Positions 1-10,039 of a stretch of 62,125 nt of DNA are shown in pieces. The stretch covers positions 1-62,125 of IMG/VR virus record IMGVR_UViG_3300023174_000172. The stretch is one strand, 5' to 3'. A program made the position numbers and the translations under genes. Source of the stretch: a virus (Duplodnaviria; Caudoviricetes). The notes below the pieces were generated by a model. That model ran no database searches and was not told where the DNA came from. It saw only the letters and a program-made list of their open reading frames with translations. Numbering within the stretch: position 1 is the stretch's first letter; each line of letters begins with the position of its first letter.

Positions 1-2
1 TA

Positions 3-80
3 ATATTAAGATCCCCGAATAATACTAGATGGAGAATTACCATAAATAACTCAGGACAGTTAATTACGACATCATTGTGA
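3..80 (+). CDS. 3' end of an upstream gene (partial), probably a fibre/structural protein
   Basis: Frame from nt 3 reads ILRSPNNTRWRITINNSGQLITTSL-stop, resembling the LxSPNGxRWRIxVxxxGxL motif at the ends of phage fibre proteins. Confidence 0.5.
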   Translation: MLRSPNNTRWRITINNSGQLITTSL

Positions 81-88
81 TATAAGTA
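81..88 (+). promoter_or_regulatory. T4-like late promoter (TATAAGTA)
   Basis: One mismatch to T4 late consensus TATAAATA, 9 nt before ATG at 98; TAA(G/A)TA recurs before many structural genes. Confidence 0.6.
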
Positions 89-97
89 TATTAATAT

Positions 98-982
98 ATG
101 CCTTATCCAGTACAACCAGTTTTACCCAATTCTTTTCACGGAAGTACAACCTTTAATTCACAGATTAAAAGTTATGATCACCTAGCCCAAAGAGTAAGGA
201 GAACATTAGGCGAGCCATTAATAAGAGTCGAAATAAGTTCAGAGCAAATGTACGAATTTATTGATATTGCTCTAGAATGGTTTACAAAATTTGCTGGTGT
301 TACCGAAGAATATTTGATTTTTAAATCCGATTTATACGAAAGAGGCAAAGGATTAAGATTAGATCGTTTAATTAGCATAACACCAGAATTGGCTAATCCT
401 ATATCAACCGAAACGCCAACACTATCATCCGGATATGATTTTGATATGGACAATTATAGAAAAGTTGTTGATGTTTTTTCATTTAACGAAGGAAATAATT
501 CGGGTGTTAATACATTATTCACAATCGAACACACTATAGCCCAACAAGCATATTTTGGACATTTATTAGGTAATGTTGGATATGATTTGGTTACATGGCA
601 CGCACTCAAATCATGGCTAAATACTAGAGAAAAGGTATTAGCACTTAAACCATACCTTAGATTTGAACCCGAAACCCAATTATTAAAGATTATTCCGGAA
701 CCACCACAATCAAATATATATTATGGGTTAATCGGTTGTAAGGTTCAGAAGCCTATCAAGTTTTTAGTATCCGAATTATGGGTTTTTCGTTATGTTTCGG
801 CTCTTTCAAAGATATCGATAGCAAATATAAGAGGTAAATTCAATGGAACTATACTTTTTGGAGGCCAACAAGTTAATGGTGCTGATCTAATGCGTATGGG
901 AGAAAAAGAAAAAGACGAATTAGAGAAAGAATTAATGGGGAATACTATTGATACCGATATTGTGAGATTTTTTGTTGGTTAA
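98..982 (+). CDS. Neck protein (T4 gp13-like)
   Basis: RTLGEPLIRVEIS..Q..E.ID.AL N-terminal motif and RGKFNG..LFGG..VNG..L...G..E...LE C-terminal motif; ends FFVG. Confidence 0.8.
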   Translation: MPYPVQPVLPNSFHGSTTFNSQIKSYDHLAQRVRRTLGEPLIRVEISSEQMYEFIDIALEWFTKFAGVTEEYLIFKSDLYERGKGLRLDRLISITPELANPISTETPTLSSGYDFDMDNYRKVVDVFSFNEGNNSGVNTLFTIEHTIAQQAYFGHLLGNVGYDLVTWHALKSWLNTREKVLALKPYLRFEPETQLLKIIPEPPQSNIYYGLIGCKVQKPIKFLVSELWVFRYVSALSKISIANIRGKFNGTILFGGQQVNGADLMRMGEKEKDELEKELMGNTIDTDIVRFFVG

Positions 983-1038
983 AAAAATATTTGATAGCGA
1001 ACGTTGAAATCGATGAACCCATATGGTAAATATATTAT

Positions 1039-3132
1039 ATGGTAAATTTCGAATCCACCTTACAAAAATGTAAAGATATTTGGTTTGATGATAATAAAAA
1101 AATAAAAATTCGTAGAAAAGAAGGAATGTTTTTAGAACAAGAATTATTTTTCATTGATAATAAAATAAACTGGATAAACCGAAAAAAAGATAATATTAAA
1201 GAAAAGGTTATGTATATGGCTCATGAAATTTTCGAGCCTTTGATATGTCCAATAACAAAAAAAACGATTAATACCTATAATCCACTATATAGAAATTATA
1301 CCGATGATATGATTAGAAACCGATGTTTTTTATTCAATCAAAAAATAAAAAATATATTAGAATTTCCTTTTTTTGAAAATTACAATCATCATGAATTGGA
1401 AAAAATACTTGAAAAAATTCCAAATAATATAGCAATAAAATATCCGATGATACTGAATCATTGTTGGCTGAGTTTACAAAAAAGAGAATTTGATGTTTCT
1501 AATATAGAAAGTAACGAAGAAGCTTTTTTTTTACATAAGAATAAATTTGAAAAATTACCATTATGTCCAATATCAGGAAAAAAAAGAAAATTTTCAGAAA
1601 AAAGATTAAAATATTTAGAATTTGATTCTTTAGAATCTTCATATATTTCCAATGGAATTAGAAATAAAGGAAAAATAATTTCAGAAGAAACTATAAAAAA
1701 AAGAAAAATAACATCAATTCAAAAATATGGAGTATCTTCTATACTCAAATTAAAACATATATATGAAAAAGCTTTACAAAAAAGAAGAGAAAATAGAGAA
1801 ATAAGAAAAAAAAATAAAATAATTGATAACAGGACAAGAAAAGAAAAATGGTTGGACACATTAAAAACCAAATATAACGTTTCTTCTTATAGAGAATATT
1901 TAAAAAAATATCATAATCCAGAAGAAATATCAGAAAAAAAGAAAAAAACATTTAAAATAACTCTCAAAAAAAGATATGGTGTAGAAAAAATTTCAGATAT
2001 TGAAGGAGTTATTGAAAAAATTAAAAATACATGTTTATTAAAATATGGCGCAACCACAGCATTAAATACACCAGAACAAAAAGAAAAAAGAAAAATACAA
2101 AATAGAATAAAAACATATTATAATTTTTCTAGGTTTAAAACTGAATGTATTCCTTTATTTACATTAGAAGAATGGTTAGAAAAATATGATCAAAATTTAC
2201 CTTGGAAAAAAACGAATACAGGAGAAATATATTATTGTAAATATTGGGGATATGCGCCAATAGGAAAGTTTAAATCTTCTAGATTGGAAAAAAGCATACA
2301 ACATATGTTGGATTTTTTAAATATAGAATATATAAAAAATACCAGAGATATAATACCGCCTATGGAATTAGATATATATATACCAAAATATAAAATTGGT
2401 ATTGAATGTAATGGTGAATATTATCATTCAACAAGAACAAAAGCAAAAAATTACCATTTACAAAAAAAAATAAAATCTGAAGAAAACGGAATAAAATTAT
2501 TACATTTTTACGGAAAAGACATAATAAATAAAGAAAATAAAGTTTTTAATATTATAAAAACCGCCACAAAAGGAAATAAAATAAAAATTTTTGCAAGAAA
2601 ATGTTTTTTAGCAGAAATTAGTAATGATTTATCTAAAATTTTTTTAAATAAATATCATTTTGATGGGTTTTGTAATGCTAAAAATCATTTTGGGTTATTT
2701 TATAAAAATAGATTAATTTCTGTTTTATCTTTAAGTAAAGCAAGATTTTTAAAAAATTCAAATGATTTAGAAATTATAAGATATGCAACAATGAAAAATG
2801 TTTTTATTGTCGGCGGATTCAATAAATTTATATCCCACATTAGAAAAATACATAAAAACAAAAAATTACACACATATGCCGATTTAAATTTATTTACGGG
2901 TGATGTTTATATTAAAAATGGGTTTAAGTTTGAAGGGGTAACTACTCCAGATTTTTATTATTATAAAGATAAAAATAATATTCTTTCCAGATATCAATCA
3001 CAAAAACACAAATTAAAATATATATTAAAAAATAATTTTAATCCCAATAAAACCGAAGAAGAAAATATGAACGATAATGGTTACTATAGAATATATGGAT
3101 GCGGAAATAAATATTTTACATTGATTTTATGA
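1039..3132 (+). CDS. Free-standing Hef-like/PD-(D/E)xK putative homing endonuclease with KYG repeats and C-terminal GNAT/Mom-like domain
   Basis: KYG-type repeats, ELDIYIPKYKIGIECNGEYYHS nuclease motif, C-terminal FARKC..LEIIRY..GGFNK..TYAD..YIKNGF..YGCG. Confidence 0.7.
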   Translation: MVNFESTLQKCKDIWFDDNKKIKIRRKEGMFLEQELFFIDNKINWINRKKDNIKEKVMYMAHEIFEPLICPITKKTINTYNPLYRNYTDDMIRNRCFLFNQKIKNILEFPFFENYNHHELEKILEKIPNNIAIKYPMILNHCWLSLQKREFDVSNIESNEEAFFLHKNKFEKLPLCPISGKKRKFSEKRLKYLEFDSLESSYISNGIRNKGKIISEETIKKRKITSIQKYGVSSILKLKHIYEKALQKRRENREIRKKNKIIDNRTRKEKWLDTLKTKYNVSSYREYLKKYHNPEEISEKKKKTFKITLKKRYGVEKISDIEGVIEKIKNTCLLKYGATTALNTPEQKEKRKIQNRIKTYYNFSRFKTECIPLFTLEEWLEKYDQNLPWKKTNTGEIYYCKYWGYAPIGKFKSSRLEKSIQHMLDFLNIEYIKNTRDIIPPMELDIYIPKYKIGIECNGEYYHSTRTKAKNYHLQKKIKSEENGIKLLHFYGKDIINKENKVFNIIKTATKGNKIKIFARKCFLAEISNDLSKIFLNKYHFDGFCNAKNHFGLFYKNRLISVLSLSKARFLKNSNDLEIIRYATMKNVFIVGGFNKFISHIRKIHKNKKLHTYADLNLFTGDVYIKNGFKFEGVTTPDFYYYKDKNNILSRYQSQKHKLKYILKNNFNPNKTEEENMNDNGYYRIYGCGNKYFTLIL

Positions 3133-3587
3133 AACCAAGATTGCAAAAAAACAATAAATATGTGCAATCTTTGTTTAATCCTAGATATCCCGAAAAATAT
3201 AAGGGTAAGTTTCCTATATTTGCCAGATCTTCGTTAGAAATTAAGGCAATGAGGTGGATGGATGATAACAACAACGTAATAACATGGGGATCTGAGTCTG
3301 TAGTAGTACCATATCAAGGACCGGATGGCAAAATACATAGATATTTTGTTGATCTGGTGTGTGAAATGAAAAGAAAAGACGGAAAAAACGAAAAATTGTT
3401 AATAGAAGTAAAACCAGAGAAACAAACCCAACCACCCACCCCAAGTTTAAGAAAATCTAAGAAAACTGTTCTATATGAGTCATTTCAATATGCTCAAAAT
3501 CAGGCAAAATGGGCGGCAGCAAGAGCATGGTGTGATAAAAAAGGGTATAAATTCATAATTTTAACCGAAAAACATCTTAAAAATTGA
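3129..3587 (+). CDS. Head completion nuclease (T4 gp4-like)
   Basis: PEKYKG, RSSLE, WGSE..VPY, HRYFVD, LIEVKP, NQAKW.AA, F.ILTE motifs. Confidence 0.9.
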   Translation: MKPRLQKNNKYVQSLFNPRYPEKYKGKFPIFARSSLEIKAMRWMDDNNNVITWGSESVVVPYQGPDGKIHRYFVDLVCEMKRKDGKNEKLLIEVKPEKQTQPPTPSLRKSKKTVLYESFQYAQNQAKWAAARAWCDKKGYKFIILTEKHLKN

Positions 3588-3625
3588 TGTTTTTGTTTAG
3601 CAATAAGATAAATATTTAATACAAT

Positions 3626-4294
3626 ATGGAAAAAGCATATAAGCTTATCGTAGAATCACCAAATTATGAAGTAAAATATCTAATGGTGGAAGAAAATAGA
3701 AATTCTCCTGCTAATTTGTATATCAAAGGTCCGTTTTTAATGGCAAATGAGGCTAATAGAAACAATAGAATCTATCCTTTGGAAGAAATGGTATCCGAAG
3801 TTGGTAGATATACAACCGAAATGATAAACGGCAACAGAGCTACAGGTGAACTCAATCATCCTTCTACTGGTGAGGTCAATCTAGAAAGAGCTTGCCATAT
3901 TGTTACCGAATTAAAACAAAACGGTAATATTTTTGAAGGAAAATCTAAAATTTTAAGTACTCCTATGGGCCAAATTGTCAGAAGTTTAATCAATGACGGT
4001 GTAAAACTAGGAGTTTCTTCAAGAGCATTGGGTAGAATTGATGAAAAAGAAGGAAAATCATTTGTTTCGGATTTTCGTTTAGTGGCTATTGATGTTGTAG
4101 CTGATCCATCTGTTCCTACAGCATTTGTAAATGGTATTTTAGAATCAAAAAAATGGATTTTGGCTGAAAGTGGACAATTTCAACCCGTATATGAAGATTT
4201 TGAAGATAAAATTTCAAAATTACCAAAGAAAAATCAAAGAGAATTTTTAAAAGAACAAGTAATTAATTTCATTAATGCTCTTAAAACAAGATAA
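3626..4294 (+). CDS. Prohead core protease (T4 gp21-like)
   Basis: NRNNRIYP, GELNHP, TPMGQIV, GVSSRALG, DVVADPS motifs. Confidence 0.95.
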   Translation: MEKAYKLIVESPNYEVKYLMVEENRNSPANLYIKGPFLMANEANRNNRIYPLEEMVSEVGRYTTEMINGNRATGELNHPSTGEVNLERACHIVTELKQNGNIFEGKSKILSTPMGQIVRSLINDGVKLGVSSRALGRIDEKEGKSFVSDFRLVAIDVVADPSVPTAFVNGILESKKWILAESGQFQPVYEDFEDKISKLPKKNQREFLKEQVINFINALKTR

Positions 4295-4306
4295 GTAATT
4301 TACAAT

Positions 4307-4501
4307 ATGAATAATCTAAAATCATTATATTCAAAATTTATCATGAATATTTGTGAAAACAAATACGCAGATGCAGACAATATGCTAGATAAAATTTTAA
4401 CCGAAAAAGTTAAAAAGAAAGTCGAACGAACAATTAAGAGTAAATTAGAAAAAAATTGTAAGTGTAAAAGTTCTAAAAAATGCGATTGTTGCAAAAAATA
4501 A
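4307..4501 (+). CDS. Small protein in head module, possible prohead core protein
   Basis: Lies between gp21 and gp22 with its own TAAGTA at 4292-4297; Lys/Cys-rich tail CKCKSSKKCDCCKK. Confidence 0.55.
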   Translation: MNNLKSLYSKFIMNICENKYADADNMLDKILTEKVKKKVERTIKSKLEKNCKCKSSKKCDCCKK

Positions 4502-4554
4502 AAAAAAAATAATACTTTTGTAATCAAATAAAGATAAGTAATTTTATAAAAAAT

Positions 4555-5445
4555 ATGGATATCACAGATCTTCTTAAAAACTTAGACAAAAATCTTGTCA
4601 ACGAAGAAACCGCTAATGCTATTGCCGATGCTTTTAAACAAGCCGTCGAAGAAAAAGCCAAAGCTCGAATTGAATTATCAGTAGAAAAAGCATTATTAGA
4701 ACAAGACGAAGATCATGCTAAAAAACTTCAAGATATTTTAGAAAAAACTGATGAAGACCATACCAATAAATTAAAATTGGTAGTTAAAACAATTTCAGAA
4801 AATCATACTAACAAATTAGCCAAAATTGTTAATATGTATAAAAAAACAGTTGATGATAAAGCCAAAACTTTTTCAGAAAAAGTTATCACTGACCTTGATA
4901 AATTTTTATCAACCTATTTAGAAAATAAAATTCCTTATACACAAATTAAAGAAGCTGTTGAAAATACACACGCTCGCAAACAACTTGAAAGAATTCGTGA
5001 ATTAGTTGGATTCGATCCTTCACTGGTTAACGAAAATGTTAAAAATGTTGTTAAAGAAGGAAAAACCAAATTTGAAAAACTAAGCCAACAATTAAATGAA
5101 GCCTACGAGAATAATACTCGTCTTTCACAAGAATTGAAAAAAACACAAACAGCTTTAGTTTTAGAAGGCAAAACCAAAGGAATGCCTAAATCAAAAAAAG
5201 AATTTGTAGTAAAACTTTTAGAAGATAAAGATATTACTTACATCAAAGAAAATTTTAACTACGTAGTTGAGATGTTCGAAAACGGTGAACAAGAAGAAAC
5301 CGTACAAGTAGCGAAGGAAGCTAACAAAACTGCATTAAGCCGTAATGTTAATCCTCCGGTACAGTTGGTGTCTGAGTCTACCTCAAGTGAGGCAAAGAAT
5401 ACACCCGTTAACGAATATCTGAGTGAATTGGAACGTATTGGCTAA
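4555..5445 (+). CDS. Prohead scaffold protein (T4 gp22-like)
   Basis: Long Glu/Lys-rich coiled coil directly upstream of major capsid gene. Confidence 0.8.
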   Translation: MDITDLLKNLDKNLVNEETANAIADAFKQAVEEKAKARIELSVEKALLEQDEDHAKKLQDILEKTDEDHTNKLKLVVKTISENHTNKLAKIVNMYKKTVDDKAKTFSEKVITDLDKFLSTYLENKIPYTQIKEAVENTHARKQLERIRELVGFDPSLVNENVKNVVKEGKTKFEKLSQQLNEAYENNTRLSQELKKTQTALVLEGKTKGMPKSKKEFVVKLLEDKDITYIKENFNYVVEMFENGEQEETVQVAKEANKTALSRNVNPPVQLVSESTSSEAKNTPVNEYLSELERIG

Positions 5446-5498
5446 TACCCAATCGTTCACCAATCAAATCCAAAAAATAGAAAGAAAAAATAACAAAT

Positions 5499-6938
5499 AT
5501 GAGCAAAAATATCAAACCCGCAACAGGATTTATCGATAGATCCCGCGCACAACAACTCGTTGAAAAATGGAAGCCTCTCTTGGAACATAGTTCCGATAAG
5601 GTTGCTCCAATTACCGATGAACACACCCGTCTCAATACAGCCATCCTCATGGAAAACCAAGAGCGTTGGTGCTTAAATGAAGCAAACACAGCTGCCTCCG
5701 GTGGCGTTTTTGGTTCAGCAGGAAGCATGGGCTTCGGTGGTGCAGTCGGAAATGGTGATAATTACGCATCTGGTGATGCACGTTTACCAAAGGTTTTAAT
5801 ACCTATGGTTCGCCGTACATTCCCTGAGCTTATCACTAACGAAATCGTTGGCGTTCAACCTATGAGCGGTCCTGTAGGTCTTGCTTTTGCACTCCGTTAT
5901 CGTTATGAAGCAGATAGTCTTGGTTCAAACGGCATCGACGGTTATAACAATCTTGGCCCGACTCAAACTGGCAGAGATTCTCAAAGCCGCGCTTATGCCG
6001 ATGGAAAAGAACTTGGCTATCAATATTTGGACACACGCTTTACTGGCACTAGCTCTTCACAATTATCAGGCAATTCAGAATTCCAAGTCCTTGGATCTGA
6101 TGCTGGTGTTGCTGCATTGTTAAGTCAGTTTGAGCTTACTGGTAACATTCCTCAAATTACTGTAGAATTTAGCAAAACCTCCGTCGAAGCTGGTACACGC
6201 CGCCTCGCCGCTCGTTGGTCTGTTGAACTTGAACAAGATTTGAAGAACATGAATGGTCTTGATATCGACTCTGAACTCACAAATGCTATGTCATATGAGC
6301 TTCAAGCCGAAATCGACCGTGAAATGGTTATCAGAATGGTCCAAGTTGCTCTTAATGCTGGTCCTAAGAATGGTTATAGCTTCTGGTACGCCGTATCAGC
6401 TGACGCACGTTGGCTCGGTGAAAGAAACCGCGACTTCTATTCCAAAATTATTGTTGAAGCAAACCGCATCGCCATCCGCAACCGCCGTGGTGCTGCTAAC
6501 TTCATCATCGCAACTCCTAGAGTTTGCGCAATCTTGGAAATGTTGCCTGAGTTTCAATGGATGTCTGTAAACGGAAACGTTAACACCCAACCTACTGGCA
6601 TTGCCAAAGTTGGTAATGTTGGCGGACGTTTCACAGTCTACCGTGATACCAGAACTGACGCCCAATTCCTTGACGGATCACGCGGAAGTGCTCTTGAATA
6701 TGCATTACTTGGATACAAAGGATCTGAATATTACGATACAGGTATCGTATATTGTCCGTATATTCCTGTAATGATCCAACGCACCGTTGGTCCTAATGAC
6801 TTCTCCCCAAGAGTTGGTCTTATGACCCGTTATGGTGTAGTTGATTATATTTTTGGTGCATCTTTATTCTACCATGTGATTTTAGTTCGTGGCCTCGGTC
6901 AAGAATTTACACAATCTGGTGGAAGAATGTACCTCTAA
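5499..6938 (+). CDS. Major capsid protein (T4 gp23-like)
   Basis: KWKPLL, AILMENQ, PMVRR, GVQPMSGPVGLAFALR, ELEQDLK, EIDRE, YCPYIP, MTRYG motifs. Confidence 0.97.
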   Translation: MSKNIKPATGFIDRSRAQQLVEKWKPLLEHSSDKVAPITDEHTRLNTAILMENQERWCLNEANTAASGGVFGSAGSMGFGGAVGNGDNYASGDARLPKVLIPMVRRTFPELITNEIVGVQPMSGPVGLAFALRYRYEADSLGSNGIDGYNNLGPTQTGRDSQSRAYADGKELGYQYLDTRFTGTSSSQLSGNSEFQVLGSDAGVAALLSQFELTGNIPQITVEFSKTSVEAGTRRLAARWSVELEQDLKNMNGLDIDSELTNAMSYELQAEIDREMVIRMVQVALNAGPKNGYSFWYAVSADARWLGERNRDFYSKIIVEANRIAIRNRRGAANFIIATPRVCAILEMLPEFQWMSVNGNVNTQPTGIAKVGNVGGRFTVYRDTRTDAQFLDGSRGSALEYALLGYKGSEYYDTGIVYCPYIPVMIQRTVGPNDFSPRVGLMTRYGVVDYIFGASLFYHVILVRGLGQEFTQSGGRMYL

Positions 6939-6972
6939 TACATATACAGACTTACAACAGTTCAAAACATTT

Positions 6973-7002
6973 AAAAAACCCGCTGGTAACGGCGGGTTTT
7001 TT
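6973..7002 (+). terminator. Intrinsic terminator after major capsid gene (likely bidirectional)
   Basis: AAAAAA-CCCGCTG-GTAA-CGGCGGG-TTTTTT hairpin with GNRA loop. Confidence 0.9.
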
Positions 7003-7054
7003 ATTTTATATTTTTTTCTTTACTTACGATACAGATATGTAATTATATTTACAT

Positions 7055-8500
7055 ATGGATCAAAAATTGTGCAAATGTGGATGCGGTGAAGCCGTAAAAA
7101 ACATAAAAAATACGTATATATTAGGACATTCCAATAGATCACCAGAGGTTAAATTAAAAAAGGCCCAAATGTTTTTGAAAAAATACGGAGTTGATAATCC
7201 GTCTAAACATCAAGAAATAAAAAATAAAAAAGAAGAGACGAATTTAAAAAAATTTGGAACAAAGTATGCGGCACAGAATGAAAATGTTAAAAAAGAATTA
7301 AAGGAAAAGTGGGTGGAAAAGTATGGTGTTGATAATCCAGCCAAAATACCACAAATAAAAAAAATAATATCCGAAAAAGTCAAAGCGTCCAGAGAAGTGG
7401 TAAGAGAAAAGACACAAAAAACATTTTATAAAACAATTTTAAAACGGTTGCACGAAGAAGGAAAAATGGGAACACTGGAACCATTATTCGACTATGATGA
7501 TTATAAAGGAAGATTGTTCAAATATCCTTTTCGTTGTAATAAATGCCTAAATATAACCGAAACTAATCTAAGAATTGCATATGAGCCATTGAGATGTTTT
7601 ATATGCACACCAAAGATAGATACAGGAGGACAATCTATATTGGAAAAAGATATATGCGACTATGTAAAAATACTAGATCCTGATATTAAAGAGCAAAATC
7701 GAAATATTATAGATCCTTTTGAATTAGATATTGTTTCCGAAAAATATAAAATCGCCATAGAAATAGATGGATTGTATTGGCATTCGGAAACAACCGGAAA
7801 GAAAAATAAATTCTACCATATAACAAAAAGAAAAAAAACAAATGAAGCTGGTTACAAGTTGATACAGATATTTGAGGACGAGTGGATAGAAAAACAAAAA
7901 ATAGTAAAATCTAGACTTAAAAATTTGTTTAATAAAAATAAAAGAAAGATATATGCTCGAAATTGTATGGTTAAAGAAATATCAACTGACCAAAAATCAA
8001 AATTTTTAAAAAAATATCATATACAGGGAAATGATAAGTCTAATATTTTTATAGGATTATATTATAAAAACAGATTAGTTTCGATTATGACATTTAATCC
8101 ATATAGAATAGCACTGGGAAATACATCAAAAAAAGATTGTTACGAATTAACCAGATTTTGTTCCATTTTTAATTTTTCTATTGTAGGTGGAGCATCAAAA
8201 CTATTAAATTATTTTGAAAAAATTTATAAACCTACTACTATATTATCATACGCCGATAAAAGATGGTCAGACGGAAATCTTTATAATGCTATAGGGTTTA
8301 ATTTAATCGGCGCAACACAACCAAATTATTGGTATATTATAAAAAATCAAAGAAAACATAGATTTGCATATAGAAAATCTGAACTTCCAAAATTATTAAA
8401 AACATTTGATAATACTTTAACCGAATGGGAAAATATGCAATTAAACAATTATGATCGAATTTGGGATTGTGGAAGTTTAAAATATGAGAAACATTATTAA
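7055..8500 (+). CDS. Second Hef-like putative homing endonuclease with GNAT/Mom-like C-terminal domain
   Basis: CKCGCG N-terminus, KYGVDNP repeats, CxxC..CxxC, ELDI..IAIEIDGLYWHS, IFEDEW, YARNC..ELTRF..GGASKLL..SYAD..WDCG. Confidence 0.75.
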   Translation: MDQKLCKCGCGEAVKNIKNTYILGHSNRSPEVKLKKAQMFLKKYGVDNPSKHQEIKNKKEETNLKKFGTKYAAQNENVKKELKEKWVEKYGVDNPAKIPQIKKIISEKVKASREVVREKTQKTFYKTILKRLHEEGKMGTLEPLFDYDDYKGRLFKYPFRCNKCLNITETNLRIAYEPLRCFICTPKIDTGGQSILEKDICDYVKILDPDIKEQNRNIIDPFELDIVSEKYKIAIEIDGLYWHSETTGKKNKFYHITKRKKTNEAGYKLIQIFEDEWIEKQKIVKSRLKNLFNKNKRKIYARNCMVKEISTDQKSKFLKKYHIQGNDKSNIFIGLYYKNRLVSIMTFNPYRIALGNTSKKDCYELTRFCSIFNFSIVGGASKLLNYFEKIYKPTTILSYADKRWSDGNLYNAIGFNLIGATQPNYWYIIKNQRKHRFAYRKSELPKLLKTFDNTLTEWENMQLNNYDRIWDCGSLKYEKHY

Positions 8501-8536
8501 TTTTTTAAAGGGTTTTTCTTTATAAGTATTTAAATA

Positions 8537-9289
8537 ATGAGAGTAAGATTAAAAATAAATAAAGGTCTTAGCATTGGATTAGGTCCAAATTTTAAAATTT
8601 CCACTGATTTTGGTGTAATTAATCCTATTTATGCAACAAAAGAACAATTATTAAATGGAATAGAGGTAACCTTATCGGAATATGATGCTAGTAAGATAAA
8701 AATAACATCTATCGGCAATTGTACTAATTTTTTGGAGGTTGATATATCTAAAGATCCTACTTACGCTATAACTGCTACCCCTACACCAGTTCCTACATCT
8801 ACACCAACTCAAACACTCACCAATACACCTACACTAACTCCCAGCCCAACACCTACTAATACCCCTACACTAACACCAACCAATACTTCTACTCTTACAC
8901 CAACAGGAACTCTGACAAACACTCCTACTAATACTCCTACTAATACACCCACAAGAACTCCTACTAATACACCCACAAGAACTCCTACAATAACGCCAAC
9001 GCCTACAAATAATTTAATTAATATAACAATTACATCATTTGGAAATTGTTCTTATAAAGAAGATATTTATTATGAATCTACATATGATTTAAATTTATAT
9101 CCAAATATAATAGATTATTTAAATTTTTGGAATGGTGTATGGCACTGGGCTTCAACACCACCATTAAATGAAAGTACTTGTCCAGAAATAATTTATATGG
9201 TTGCTACTAATTCTATAGGACAAACTGTATATAGTACAGATTATAGCACATGGGGACCATTAGAACAAGATTGTCCTCCCTGCGTTTAA
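8537..9289 (+). CDS. Putative virion protein with Thr/Pro-rich linker
   Basis: TATAAGTA at 8521-8528; central ~80-aa PT tract between two small domains. Confidence 0.6.
   Translation: MRVRLKINKGLSIGLGPNFKISTDFGVINPIYATKEQLLNGIEVTLSEYDASKIKITSIGNCTNFLEVDISKDPTYAITATPTPVPTSTPTQTLTNTPTLTPSPTPTNTPTLTPTNTSTLTPTGTLTNTPTNTPTNTPTRTPTNTPTRTPTITPTPTNNLINITITSFGNCSYKEDIYYESTYDLNLYPNIIDYLNFWNGVWHWASTPPLNESTCPEIIYMVATNSIGQTVYSTDYSTWGPLEQDCPPCV
8771..9007 (+). repeat. Thr/Pro mucin-like coding repeat 1
   Basis: [14 protein letters not shown] repeats; acN-ccN codon runs. Confidence 0.9.
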
Positions 9290-9293
9290 TATA

Positions 9294-9584
9294 TTAATTT
9301 TTTAATTTAAAATAAATCTTGTATAAAAAACAAGCAAATAAATGCACAACCAATCCGCAAAAAGGATAAGAATAATTTCCCAATATATTAAAAAGTGGAT
9401 TATAAAATAAACTTGTTAATATACCCACCCAAAAACTACTACATTCTGGACACAAAAATGGTTTTCTTATATATGGAATTCTGGCAATAAAATTTCTAAC
9501 CGGAGCAAATATATCTGAAAAGCTCCACATAAAACTAACACTCAAACTTAATATAATATAGGTTAAAAGATAAAAAAGGATCAT
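9294..9584 (-). CDS. Small membrane protein (DUF1360-like)
   Basis: Hydrophobic helices with IFAPVR and LCPECSSFWVG motif. Confidence 0.6.
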   Translation of the reverse strand: MILFYLLTYIILSLSVSFMWSFSDIFAPVRNFIARIPYIRKPFLCPECSSFWVGILTSLFYNPLFNILGNYSYPFCGLVVHLFACFLYKIYFKLKN

Positions 9585-10027
9585 AGGAAAAATACATTTA
9601 CGTATTCGCTATCGATAGGAGAAACCGAAAATGCTCTATAAGCGGCTCGTTTTTGTGCTAAACCATCAGAAAATTCTTGCCATTCTGATATTTTAACCTT
9701 TTCGACCTTACCATGATATATAACAAACTTATATCTGTTCTCAATTTCGTCTAAAACTATATTATATTTGTTATCTCGTAGGAAATCATTTAAAAATACC
9801 GAAGATTTTTCTCTATTAGTATTAACATAATTTTCTACTTTACTTCTACAACTACAATTAGGATTAGTAGAAGCAGATTCAATATCAGCATAAATTTCGG
9901 GTGCTACTGCTTGGAATCTGGATTTGAATTCAGGTTTTAGTGACAACAATTCTAAAAATATTTTAGATAAAAATTCATAAGATTGTTCAATTTTTGTTAC
10001 GCTTTGTACATTTTCTTCGATAATCAT
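9581..10027 (-). CDS. Hypothetical protein
   Basis: 148-aa ORF coupled to downstream gene; NPNCSCR motif. Confidence 0.65.
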   Translation of the reverse strand: MIIEENVQSVTKIEQSYEFLSKIFLELLSLKPEFKSRFQAVAPEIYADIESASTNPNCSCRSKVENYVNTNREKSSVFLNDFLRDNKYNIVLDEIENRYKFVIYHGKVEKVKISEWQEFSDGLAQKRAAYRAFSVSPIDSEYVNVFFL

Positions 10028-10039
10028 AGTATGTATAAC

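Noticed and set aside
178-7089. Short overlapping alternative-frame ORFs in the head module
   Set aside because: They overlap well-supported genes and show no recognisable motifs.
1039-8500. Introns or inteins hosting the nucleases
   Set aside because: Flanking gp13, gp4 and gp23 appear intact and no splice motifs were seen.
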